From contig JARGNK010000009.1 of NCBI GenBank assembly GCA_029213145.1, positions 27,440 through 91,439 of the forward strand: a stretch of DNA of 64,000 nt, read 5' to 3'. Shown here in pieces: positions 27,867 through 37,982 of the stretch. A program made the translations under genes and the position numbers. The first letter of the stretch is position 1, and each line of letters opens with the position of its first letter. The DNA comes from Rubripirellula sp. GTDB lineage: Bacteria; Planctomycetota; Planctomycetia; Pirellulales; Pirellulaceae. Below the pieces are notes generated by a model, which did no database searches, was not told where the DNA came from, and was given only the letters and a program-made list of their open reading frames with translations.

Positions 27867-30263
27867 TTAGTTTGCGTTGGTCGATTGTGCGGGTACTTGC
27901 TCGGAACTCGTCGCCTTACGGTACATAAAGGAATCCGATGTGAGAAGTGAAATCACTAAAGCCCGGAAACTACCGCCGGATTCAACATAAGCTCGATCTG
28001 CCCGGATCAGAGTTTCCGAATCACTCAGCATTTCATTTCGCCCCATCCAGTAACGAAAGGCATGCCGCACAAAGGATTGCCTCACTCGCTCGGACTTCGC
28101 CAACCGCTGCATCAATTCAATCGGATTGGCAACCTCACCATCCAGATCCCGACTCCCACTACCATCAAGGAATCCCCTTGAATCGACAGGGCGCGTCTGC
28201 CCCTTTGCCAACAGTTTCTCAACCGTACGATGCCGACCGAAGTCGTCGTATAATTCGAACGGCATGCCTAACGGATTCATTTTCACGTGACATCGCCAAC
28301 ATTCTTGCTCGCGCGTGACGGCAAAGCGTTCACGCAAGGTCTGTTCATGATTCTCTGGAATACTCGCATCGACAGTGAGTGGCAACTCCGGAACCGTATC
28401 GGCAAGCAAACGCTCGCGAATCCACTTACCACGGCGCACTGGGTCATTATCCAAGTTCAACGAGTGAGCGAGCAACCACGCGGGGTGCATCAAGATCCCG
28501 ACCCGTTGACTCGGGTTCAACACGAATGGCTGTTCAACTGGAAAGCTGAATGTCTTTTCATCCAAGTTGTAAGTGATTAGATAGTCGCGTCCGCTCGAAC
28601 GACCTCCGCCAAGCGGCATATGACGAATCCCAGCCTTGTTACATTGCTCCAAGTACTTCATCCAGCGTTTGGTCACATTGCCGTTAGCGTGAGTAAAGAT
28701 TTTGTGGATCGAACGAACGTGCTTCATGTGTTCATCCGGCACCTTGTAAGCAAATTGCCGCCACGGTTTATCCTTGTAGTAGTCATAAAACGCCTGCAAG
28801 GCGTCATGAATTTCACGTTCGTAATCATTGTCTCCTGAATGCGCGACGAAATACTGATCAGTGGTCAGCAATTCGGCCAAGACATCCTTATCCTGTTGGA
28901 CAATATGCATCACTAACGTGTCAGCATCCTCAACCAACCGCTCAGGAACTCCGCGATAATCCTTACCAAAGCGAGCCGCATCCTTAAAAACGCTGGGGGC
29001 CGCGTCATAGCCAAAAAATTCGTGAAAGAATCGTAGGACCCGCGGCTTTTCAATCGTCTCATCGTCCCAATATCGCGTGATCTCTCGGGCCACATCTGCG
29101 TTCGTCTTGAGCCGATTGGACGCCGCAGCGGCAAGCAATGTTTTGTCTGGCTTCTGATCGGTCAACGCGTAGGCGATCGCCAGCGCCATTTCGCCCGCGT
29201 CCAAACGTTGCCGTCCGTGTTCATCGACGGCCCCTCGACCCAACTCCATGCGATAAATTGCCCTGGGGCTTACGGCAATCGCAATCAACATCATCCTCAA
29301 ACCCTCGACCTGCCCACCTTGCGCGACACAAGTCCGCATCAGATCGTGATACTTTCTCAATTCCGCAACCGCTGGCTCCTGCTCGATCACAAGCTGATAC
29401 ATACGCTTGATCGCAGCATGAATCTGCGCGTCTGTTGCCATATCTTCGCCCAGAACAATTGACGCAAATTCAGCTGGGGTCTCAGGGAATCTTGGTTGGA
29501 TGGGCTTCCCCTTTTTATCTCTCGGAAGCTCATCGTCGGGGATAGGCCCCTCGCGACGTACCCGCAGTTGATGCAATGCACCCGCAAGGTGACTGTCGAC
29601 CAAGCTTTCCGCATTGCGCAACATCGTGCCAAGTGTGGCCGAATCTGCCATTGTGATTGCGGAAAAATCTTTGATCCCCGCCTTATCTTCAATCGTGAAC
29701 GGCTGTTTCAGTTTCGCCAACTTCGCACTACGCGCGCCATATCTCCCAGGCTGAAAACCCATTCCACGGTCCGCGAGTGAATCAAAAATAGCTGGACTCT
29801 TCTTCCAGATCCGCGAGGGGGACCAACTGGCTTCGTTAACGGCCCCATCGAACAGAGCATCATGATCTACGTAGTTGCCGTATTCCGGGAACATCAATTT
29901 GTGCTTCCACTCTTTGACCAGCTCGGAACCGACAAGGGATTCCTCAAGAATGGCAATCACCTCACGTCGTTCAGAGCGACTCAACGGATCAGCATCCGCT
30001 GGCGGCATTTGATTCGTAACGAGCACGTGAAAAACACGCGTCCAATGCTCGCTCATCTGCTCCACCCCATCGGCCCCCGACCGCAAGTCAGCCAAATTGA
30101 ATCCGCCTGAAGCCTCATCGCCGAAATGACAATCAGCACATTTTGAATTCAAGACACTCAAAACTTGCGAACTAACACCTTGATTCGCGTCTGCTAAACA
30201 ACGAGTCGTGCCAGCACACAGGTGGCCTATCAAGACAAACGCAATCGACAGCAGTCGTATCAT
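27867..30263 (-). CDS. Planctomycete cytochrome c + DUF1595/1592/1588/1585-type protein (copy 3)
   Basis: Signal peptide, CADCH, MPPADA, YGNYVDHDALFDG, IAYALTDQKPD, GILMHPAWL, DPVRRGKWIRERLL, CWRCH, MNPLGMPFELYDD. Confidence 0.85.
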   Translation of the reverse strand: MIRLLSIAFVLIGHLCAGTTRCLADANQGVSSQVLSVLNSKCADCHFGDEASGGFNLADLRSGADGVEQMSEHWTRVFHVLVTNQMPPADADPLSRSERREVIAILEESLVGSELVKEWKHKLMFPEYGNYVDHDALFDGAVNEASWSPSRIWKKSPAIFDSLADRGMGFQPGRYGARSAKLAKLKQPFTIEDKAGIKDFSAITMADSATLGTMLRNAESLVDSHLAGALHQLRVRREGPIPDDELPRDKKGKPIQPRFPETPAEFASIVLGEDMATDAQIHAAIKRMYQLVIEQEPAVAELRKYHDLMRTCVAQGGQVEGLRMMLIAIAVSPRAIYRMELGRGAVDEHGRQRLDAGEMALAIAYALTDQKPDKTLLAAAASNRLKTNADVAREITRYWDDETIEKPRVLRFFHEFFGYDAAPSVFKDAARFGKDYRGVPERLVEDADTLVMHIVQQDKDVLAELLTTDQYFVAHSGDNDYEREIHDALQAFYDYYKDKPWRQFAYKVPDEHMKHVRSIHKIFTHANGNVTKRWMKYLEQCNKAGIRHMPLGGGRSSGRDYLITYNLDEKTFSFPVEQPFVLNPSQRVGILMHPAWLLAHSLNLDNDPVRRGKWIRERLLADTVPELPLTVDASIPENHEQTLRERFAVTREQECWRCHVKMNPLGMPFELYDDFGRHRTVEKLLAKGQTRPVDSRGFLDGSGSRDLDGEVANPIELMQRLAKSERVRQSFVRHAFRYWMGRNEMLSDSETLIRADRAYVESGGSFRALVISLLTSDSFMYRKATSSEQVPAQSTNAN

Positions 30264-30512
30264 TTATTTCAAAATCTGGTGTTATCTGCGGCCTATCTTG
30301 AGGACACAATGAGAGGGGAAGCCCATCACATGGCAAAACAGATTTGCCAGACTGCATCGCGACCACATTTTAACTCAAAACCATTCGCTGCGTTGGGATG
30401 CGATTGGTGTGCAAAATATCAAATAGTGATAACAGCATATCGCCGCATTGCTCTCCCAAACGAAACACAACACTCGAACGCCGCGTTTAACACGAGCTTC
30501 CACAAACACCTA

Positions 30513-30590
30513 ATCACTGGTCCCAACATCACTGGTCCCAACATCACTCATCACTGGTCCCAACATCACTCATCACTGGTCCCAACATCA
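30513..30590. repeat. Composite 15-bp/7-bp tandem repeat
   Basis: ATCACTGGTCCCAAC (A) and ATCACTC (b) in the order A-A-b-A-b-A, then ATCA. Confidence 0.9.
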
Positions 30591-30904
30591 AACGCTGGGC
30601 TACCAACCAATAACACGTGCGCCAGACCTGCGGTGGGATGACCCTACAACGGCTCAAACGAAGAATCTGCCCTGATCGGTCACCGACCTTATTGAGCTCA
30701 AGCGAACTCTCGTTAGTCCATGTTACCTATTGAGATCAATCGAGTTGGTGGAGTCTCCAAGTGTCGTTCCCTCTTCCGGTTTGCTCTATGAGCGGACGCT
30801 GACCGAAGACAACCGTTCCACTATTTCTGGAGAGAGCGGAGCGGATGACGTAAAACCAATCGCTGCCATTCAGGCTATCAACGACCGACCAGCGACAGCG
30901 GGGC

Positions 30905-33900
30905 TCAATCGGCGATCTTCTTCATTAAGGCTTGAAAATCGTCTCGATCCCGAATCGAATCAAAAGCGGGATTCTCTTCGATTTGCGTGGCGTCCCCGAA
31001 ACCGCCAGCGATCGCATCGGTTAGCCTAAGCATCGCTTGATTTTCAAAATGTTCCTGCATCAGGATTTCTGCTGAGCTGAAGTCGCCCACCTTCTGTTGC
31101 TGAGCTCCGATCGCCGCTCCCCACTTCATTGCCAATTCAAAATTGATCTCTGCCGTTTCTCCAGCCCCAGAATGACGGCGGAAATTAGTGCCTGCAACAT
31201 CGAAGTTCAGTAACATAGCCGCGTAGTCGCGAGCGATCATTTTTCCACGCCCGGAATCCCTTTCTTCGTTCTGGTGCAGCGATTCAAACGCTTCCAGTAG
31301 CAACAGTTTTCCTTGTTCACGATCCCCAAGGTTATCCCGGATCGCACCGAAAAGATGAAGACTCTGGGCGTGATCAAAAGGCCAGCGATGCGGAGTTTCC
31401 AGGGAACGATAAATCCGCACGCATTCACGAATAGTTTTCTCTGCCTCTTCCGGCTTCCCCAAATAACGTAACGCCCGAGCGATATCGATCAGCCGGACAC
31501 CGACTCCCGGCGCATCCGTTCCAAGTTCTTTTTTTGTAAACTTCAACAACCCCACGAAGAACATCAACCGCCTGCTCATGCTCCCGATTTTGGAGCAGAA
31601 ACTTTCCATAAAACGACCGCCCGAAGGCAACGATCACGTGTTCTTCACCAAGCAGCTTGACGGCCTTTTCATCCATCTCCAGGTACAGTTTGCGTGCTGC
31701 TTCCACGTTGCCGAACTTTTCAAGCAGCTGGGCTTGGGTGAACAGCGACAGGATTGCTGAAATTCCGTTACTCCCTTGCAGCCGATCGACCGTCGTCGCC
31801 GCCTGCTGAAGCAACAACATCGCTTTTTCCATTTCGCTTTTCACGATGTAGACCTTGCCGAGCAAGAACTGCGCAGAAGCAACATCCATATGATCGATTG
31901 CTACACCATCTTTTTGGTAATACTCCCGCCGAATCTGCAGACAATCCACCAGAAAGGGCTCCGCAAGGTCGTAATCTCCAGCGAGCGAGTGCTGCATCCC
32001 AAGATTAAAAAGTGAGTCCGCGATCACTAATTGATTATCACCCGGATTGGCCCGCCGAATGGCCAGTGACTTGGTAAACGCGTCATTCGCCTGTTGAAAT
32101 TCATGTCGATATAAGCTGACGATCCCGAGGCTTTCCAACGTCTCGGCATATTGAAGGGACTGCTCACCCAGTGGTTCAAGTTGCAGCAGCGAGGCTGCTT
32201 CTCGAATCAAGGATTCACCCTCATCAACTTTGCCCAGGCTCAAATAGACATTCCCGATCTTGTCCAGCAGCACAGCACGGATTCGGGATTGTTCAAGCAG
32301 TTCTGTTTCGAGTTTCTGACGCCCTCGATTGACGATTTCAACCGCCAGCATCTCACCCTCGCCGCGGCGTTGGACACCAAAAGCTCGTTCTGTTCGCGCA
32401 ATCGGGTCCGCATCTTCAAACAACCCGACCAAGAAATCAGAAACACTCTCAGACTCAGTTCGTGCCAAATCAGCCACACGGCGAGATTTCTGTTCTTCGA
32501 CTTGTGCAATCTCGGCAATTAACCTCGCTTGCTTTTCTGCTGCATTTTGCTTCTCAAGAGATTGATTGATGGATTCGAGCTCGGCCGCATGCATGGCTTG
32601 CCGTTCTGAATTCTTACGCTCCATGTCCATCCACATTGCAGAAGCAGTCGCGACGACTAGCAGCACCACCGCCGCCATCGTCAAACTGATTCGGCGTCGT
32701 TTTCTCTCTTCCTCGGCACGCGCCGCTTCTGCTGCTCTTTCAACTTCGCTGGCCTGCAACTTTGTTTCGACCGATTCGATGTACTTTGTGACACGAACCG
32801 CCAAGACCCCCGCATCACGGGGCCGATTCTCCGGATTCACTTGCAGACAGTCCTTTGTCAACTGGATCAAGTCACTATCTGCTGAACTGGCATCTAGCCG
32901 CTCGAGGCATTCCGACAGAGCCCCCATGCGGGCCAACTTCAGCACCGTACTCGACTCCCGACCGAGGTACGGCGGTTTCCCCGTCAGGACCTGACAAAGG
33001 ATCGCCCCCAAGCCGAACACATCCACACGCTCATCCAGCAGGTCGATTCGGCCAAGTGCCTGTTCAGGCGGCATAAAACTAGGCGTGCCCATGACAGTGC
33101 CCATCATCGTGTCGAGCTCACCACTATGCCCCGTATCAGCTTCCGTCGTCTCCCCACCGCTGCGGGGCGTGTGGATGATGCTCTGTTCAGCCGAGGCCTC
33201 CTTAACTTCAAGCATCGCGTTCGATCCGTCTTTTGGCAAAACTTTCGCCAAGCCCCAATCCATGACCTGAACTTCACCGAACGCACCCACCATGACGTTT
33301 CCTGGCTTCAAATCACGATGGATGACACCTCGACTGTGGGCATAGGCAACGGTTTGGCAAATCTGCTCGAAGATTCCGATGAACTTTCCGCGATCTTCCG
33401 CAGGATCCTGACGCAATTTCAATAGGGCTGAAAGTGTTTCTCCTTTGACCAGTTTCATACTGAAAAAGGGCCGTTCATCTGCAAACCGCCCCAACTCGTA
33501 AACCGGCGCGATCCCCGGGTGCTGCAACTGGCCACCAATCTGCGCCTCTTCAACAAAACGCTGGATCACCTTGGGTTTTTTCTTATGCTCGTCCAACAAA
33601 ACCTTGACGGCAATGCTACGTCCAAGATCCTTATCCTTCGCCCTGAGAATCGCGCCCATCCCGCCTCGGGCGATCTCATCTTTCAGCTCGTAACGGCTGG
33701 TCGCATCACTGGAATCTGCAACTTGCGAATCAAATTGGCTTTCCGAACCCTCTGCTTCGGACGAACCCGACCGGAGCGAAACACTGGGGTTTCCTTCCAG
33801 CGAATCGGCCAACTCAGTCAGCACGCTTTGCTGGGTCACCTCTAACTTCGTAGTCGGTTGCTGATTGTCCCCTGATTCTGAGAGCGAATCTGATTCTGAG

Positions 33901-34127
33901 AGCGAATCTGATTCAGCGAGTAAATCTGATTCAGCTTCAGGGAAACCAGTGGCTTGCCTTGCAATGGTTACGCCTGGCTCTGAGGGATCGTTTTGCCCCT
34001 GCACTTTCGAACGGCACAAATCGCAGGTTCCAAGATGCGATGCCACCCGCGCAAAGCCAGCATCATCCAACTGGAGTCTGGCGAACGCCAGTAAAACCTC
34101 ATTCGCTGGGCAACGACGATCAGGCAT
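30905..34127 (-). pseudogene. Ser/Thr protein kinase-TPR gene split by a +1 frameshift at an A7 run
   Basis: ORF 31425-34127 has an H-x3-C-x2-C zinc finger, RGGMG, AVK, HRDLKPGN, DWG, a TM helix and TPRs. The TPR sequence continues in ORF 30905-31630 from YKKELGTDAPG. The switch is at T7 31529-31535 on the + strand; removing one base gives 1,073 aa. A sequencing error cannot be excluded. Confidence 0.85.
33872..33910. repeat. 18-bp in-frame coding repeat (SESDSL) in the kinase N-terminal linker
   Basis: CTGATTCTGAGAGCGAAT x2 plus a partial third copy; encodes AESDSLSESDSLSESG. Confidence 0.8.
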
Positions 34128-34523
34128 ACCAAACCTCGTGCGAGCTTTTTCGACAAAGCTCCAGTTGTAACGAACTACCGAGACACTTCAATGATGCGTC
34201 AGCCTCCACCCCACCCAGAACCCCCACGCGGGGGAGCAATCAATTGACTACGATTTGACCGGGATTGAGCGCCTTTCGCACGCGATGGCGGGTGCCACAC
34301 AGACTCATGAGGCCCGAGTCAGTAAGCACGCACGCCCTCGGTTCGAATCCGATCCCCGCTCGACGAGGCGGCATGCGATGACTTCACACATTGCATGATT
34401 CCCTTGATTATTGAGAAAATCAATCAAAGTCAGTTGCTGGCAGAATCTACAGCAGGATGGATACCGTTGAATGAGTAAAATCGAATTTGATTCGCCATGC
34501 CAGGGCTAGCCGGAAGGTCAACA

Positions 34524-36083
34524 ATGAAAACAATCGTCATTTATCTCATCCTTCTCACCACGACGCCAATTGGTTTGCAAACCATTTTTGCCGCGTCTCC
34601 CGACAAATGGCAGCAGCGGCAAGAGATCACCGCACCCGAGGCATTTCAGGCAGCAGCAGCCGATGTGGAGCATGTCTATGCCATCACAAATCGACAAGTC
34701 GCAAAATACGATCGATTGACGGGGCAACGCATCGCCATCAGCCACGGTGACGCCAAACATCTAAACAGCGGCGTCTTCTGGCAGGCCAGCCTGTTGTGCG
34801 CACATTCCAACTACCCACTGATTCCCGAGCAAAGTGAAATCAAAGTACTCGACTTGGAATCAATGGAACTATCCACCCTGAAAAACTTCGGCGACTTTGG
34901 CGGCAGTCTCGTGTGGGTTGTTCGTCACAACGATTACTGGTGGTGCAATTTCGCAAAGTACGGCAACGAAAATGCAGAAACATTCCTCGTCCAATTCGAT
35001 GACGGCTGGAACGAACTGCAGCGTTGGACTTACCCCACAGCTGTCACCAGTCAACTGGGGCGATACAGCTTATCAGGTGGATTGTGGTACCAGAATGAAT
35101 TGCTGGTCACCGGTCACGACAAACCAGAATTGTACCGACTTCGGTTGCCGGCGACTGGCAACGTATTGCAATTTATCGGACAGCAGTCAGTCCCATTCAG
35201 CGGACAAGGCTTCGCAGTCGATCCCAAAACCGGAGGACTGGTGGGAATCAATCGCGCCGATCGCAAGATCATTTTCGTTACACGCGACCGTGAAGCATCC
35301 AACCAGATCGAGATGCCGAAACGAGGTGTTTGCGCGCATCGCGGGGCCAGTGATACGCATCCAGAAAACACACTTGCCGCGTTTCGCGAAGCAATCCGAC
35401 TAGGCACGCACATGATCGAATTCGATGTCGCGTTTAGTCGGGATAAAAAGTTAGTCCTACTACACGACTCTACGGTCAATCGTACAACCGATGGCACGGG
35501 GGCATTGTCAAGCCTGACTCTGAAAGCATTGAAACAACTCGACGCGGGCACATGGAAACACAAGCGTTTTGCAGGAGAGCGCATTCCCACATTGGATGAA
35601 GCCCTGGCCATGATGCCGCAGAACATCTGGCTGAACGTTCACTTGAAAGGGAACGCCGAACTCGCGCAAGCAGTCACGAAACGAATCGTCGCCACTGGCC
35701 GATTGCACCAGGCCTTTCTCGCTTGTGGCAACGATGCCGCACGTGCCGCGAAAAAAGTTGATGCGCGCATCCAGATCTGCAATATGGAACGACAAGCAAA
35801 TTCCCAAAACTACGTCGATGAAACAATTGCCATGAAAGCAGATTTCATACAATTGCTGGGAGGCAAATCAGTAGCACCAAATCAAATCAAGCAACTGAAA
35901 CAGGAAAGTATCAGAATCAACTTTTGCTGCGTCAACGAAGCAAAAACGCTCCGGACGTTTCTCGAAGCCGGGGTTGAATTCCCACTCGTCGACCGATTGG
36001 AACCGATGCTGAAAGTTGCCGATCAACAGGGCATCGCGCGGCTCCGACCGATCTATCAGCCACCAAAGCAACAGCCCAACTGA
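34524..36083 (+). CDS. Beta-propeller-like domain fused to glycerophosphodiester phosphodiesterase (GDPD)
   Basis: Signal peptide and ~250-aa beta-rich N-domain, then CAHRGAS...PENTLAAF, IEFDV, VLLHD..VNRTTDG, RIPTLDE and NVHLK. Likely ATG at 34524. Confidence 0.85.
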   Translation: MKTIVIYLILLTTTPIGLQTIFAASPDKWQQRQEITAPEAFQAAAADVEHVYAITNRQVAKYDRLTGQRIAISHGDAKHLNSGVFWQASLLCAHSNYPLIPEQSEIKVLDLESMELSTLKNFGDFGGSLVWVVRHNDYWWCNFAKYGNENAETFLVQFDDGWNELQRWTYPTAVTSQLGRYSLSGGLWYQNELLVTGHDKPELYRLRLPATGNVLQFIGQQSVPFSGQGFAVDPKTGGLVGINRADRKIIFVTRDREASNQIEMPKRGVCAHRGASDTHPENTLAAFREAIRLGTHMIEFDVAFSRDKKLVLLHDSTVNRTTDGTGALSSLTLKALKQLDAGTWKHKRFAGERIPTLDEALAMMPQNIWLNVHLKGNAELAQAVTKRIVATGRLHQAFLACGNDAARAAKKVDARIQICNMERQANSQNYVDETIAMKADFIQLLGGKSVAPNQIKQLKQESIRINFCCVNEAKTLRTFLEAGVEFPLVDRLEPMLKVADQQGIARLRPIYQPPKQQPN

Positions 36084-36181
36084 ACCTTACCACCCCGCAG
36101 GATCGTCCAACCTGCAGTATTACCACCGACCTAAAAAAGCTCGCATCGCGCAATTCAACGCGGAGCAACCGAAGCTAGGAA

Positions 36182-36607
36182 TTGCGATCCCCCCGGCAAC
36201 CAATGCCTCCCTGGAAAAAACGCATCACCTTCGTCGCCCTTGCCCTCATCGCGATTCCAATTGGACTTGCCTCGCGCCAAGATGAATTACGCTTGCCAGC
36301 CTTCATCACGGAACACGCCGGCGATGCGATTTGGACTGCGTTGGTCTATTGTTGCATCAGTGCTTGCAGCCCAAATTCCAAAGTGATCACCAGGATCTCA
36401 TTGACGCTTGGCTTCGCATTCAGCGTCGAATTTAGTCAACTGTATCATGCACCATGGCTAGACTCGATTCGGGATACGACGCTGGGTAATTTAGTGCTGG
36501 GTGAGCAATTCACTTGGGTCGATCTGCTTCGCTACCTTGCGGGTGCGATGTTCTGCGGTGCCATCGAAATAGCGTTCGACAAAAGACCCCGTCAACGACA
36601 AAGGTAA
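36182..36607 (+). CDS. DUF2809-family membrane protein
   Basis: AGDAIW, VEFSQLYHAPWLDSIRDTTLGNLVLG..F.W.DL..Y..G. Confidence 0.8.
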   Translation: MRSPRQPMPPWKKRITFVALALIAIPIGLASRQDELRLPAFITEHAGDAIWTALVYCCISACSPNSKVITRISLTLGFAFSVEFSQLYHAPWLDSIRDTTLGNLVLGEQFTWVDLLRYLAGAMFCGAIEIAFDKRPRQRQR

Positions 36608-36966
36608 CGGGTCAACGACCAAGTACCGTCCAGCAAGAGACCGATCGATTTGAGATGCGAAATTGAACAGAACAGGTCGTTACAAGATCGCAACCACTCA
36701 GGCATTCACAATTTGAGTGGTCAAGCGTCGCGGCTACCTGCGTTCATTCACAAAATGAACTAAATTAGCGGTTCAACCAGATGCATGGCACTGCAGAACC
36801 ACCAAAGTACTGGCACCTGACGTAATGACAGATCCAGACAACCCGATACGGTAAATCATGCCCCGAGAGTGCTAGCCCGATTTGAATATCCGCAATTCCA
36901 TCTCAAGTAGACTATTTCCCGCATGAACAGCCGTATTCCACGTTCTCAAAAGACAGCCAGCCAGTC

Positions 36967-37947
36967 GTGAACCGCATCGAAATCAGCCATGTTCTGAGCG
37001 GCCATCCTGCTGCAGGGTGGAATACTCTTTTAGCCTTATTCATCGTTCTGGTGCTAACCGCAGCAATGACTCAAGCGGATGAATTGGGCTCTTCCAGTCA
37101 GCCGCAAGTCGAAACGTTGACGCAACCGACGGAGCAAACGCCACCTCAACGATCGGCGTCCTTGCGTGAACAGGTCGCAGAGGCCGACACGCAAGAAACA
37201 GGAAATGGACCAGCAAACACGGCACCAGAACGACTGGAGACATCTGCACGCAAACCGATGCAATTGCCGGGCATCGTGATTGAGTTTGATCAGCGTTACG
37301 TTGACCTCAAGGCAATTATCTGCCTCACGTGCGGCCTGCTTGAACTGGTTGCCTGCACCGAAGGCAGCAAGGAACACGAGTCGATCGTCGCGGTTACTGC
37401 GCGACCAATGCACATTCATACCGCGTTGTTGCTGCTTGGCGTCAACAATGGTCACCCAGCGATGCGGGAACTCGTAGATAAGCAGAAGCCACACTGGGTG
37501 AATCGACCGGCCCGCGGCGATGCAATCGAGGTGTTTTTGCTCTCGCCGGACAAAACGGGAAAGCTTGTCGAACATCCAATTCGAAACTTTATCGTGCCGT
37601 CCCAGGATCGCCTGGATGAGGCTGAAGGAAAAATCCTCGTCGCACCCAAGCCAAATCAGCCAAACACGCCGCAACAAGCATCGCAATTCCCAACCAGTTT
37701 CCTCTTTGCCGGATCACATCTGCGCGATCAGGAAACCGGCGGGCGACTGTATCTTGCCGATCGGAGCGGCCACGTAATTTCAATCGCAACCTTTGGTGAT
37801 GAACTCCTTTGTCTTCCAAACCATCAAACGCAAAATAACGGTGCATTGAATTGGCGAATCAAGCCAGATTCATTGCCACCTGTGGGTACCCCGGTAACAC
37901 TTCGACTGCGTCCTCACCGCGGTTCGACAAATCCGTCCAACAAGTAG
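36967..37947 (+). CDS. YdjY-domain-like protein, membrane/secreted
   Basis: LLELVACTEGSKEHESIV, PMHIHTALLLLG, FLFAGS, YLADRSGHVISIATFGDEL and LPPVGTPVTLRL. Confidence 0.7.
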   Translation: MNRIEISHVLSGHPAAGWNTLLALFIVLVLTAAMTQADELGSSSQPQVETLTQPTEQTPPQRSASLREQVAEADTQETGNGPANTAPERLETSARKPMQLPGIVIEFDQRYVDLKAIICLTCGLLELVACTEGSKEHESIVAVTARPMHIHTALLLLGVNNGHPAMRELVDKQKPHWVNRPARGDAIEVFLLSPDKTGKLVEHPIRNFIVPSQDRLDEAEGKILVAPKPNQPNTPQQASQFPTSFLFAGSHLRDQETGGRLYLADRSGHVISIATFGDELLCLPNHQTQNNGALNWRIKPDSLPPVGTPVTLRLRPHRGSTNPSNK

Positions 37948-37982
37948 CCAACCAAATCGGCAAACCTAAGCGCCAACGGACT

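Noticed and set aside
30331-30347. Sigma-54 promoter
   Set aside because: The GG-to-GC spacing is 2 nt longer than the strict -24/-12 consensus on both strands.
34287-34361. tRNA-like sequence: GGTTCGAATCC T-loop with a 4-bp stem and a partial GCGGG/CCCGC acceptor pairing over ~75 nt
   Set aside because: No U8, D-arm GG, canonical anticodon arm or CCA, and a competing hairpin exists. Not called; a tRNAscan-SE/ARAGORN run would settle it.
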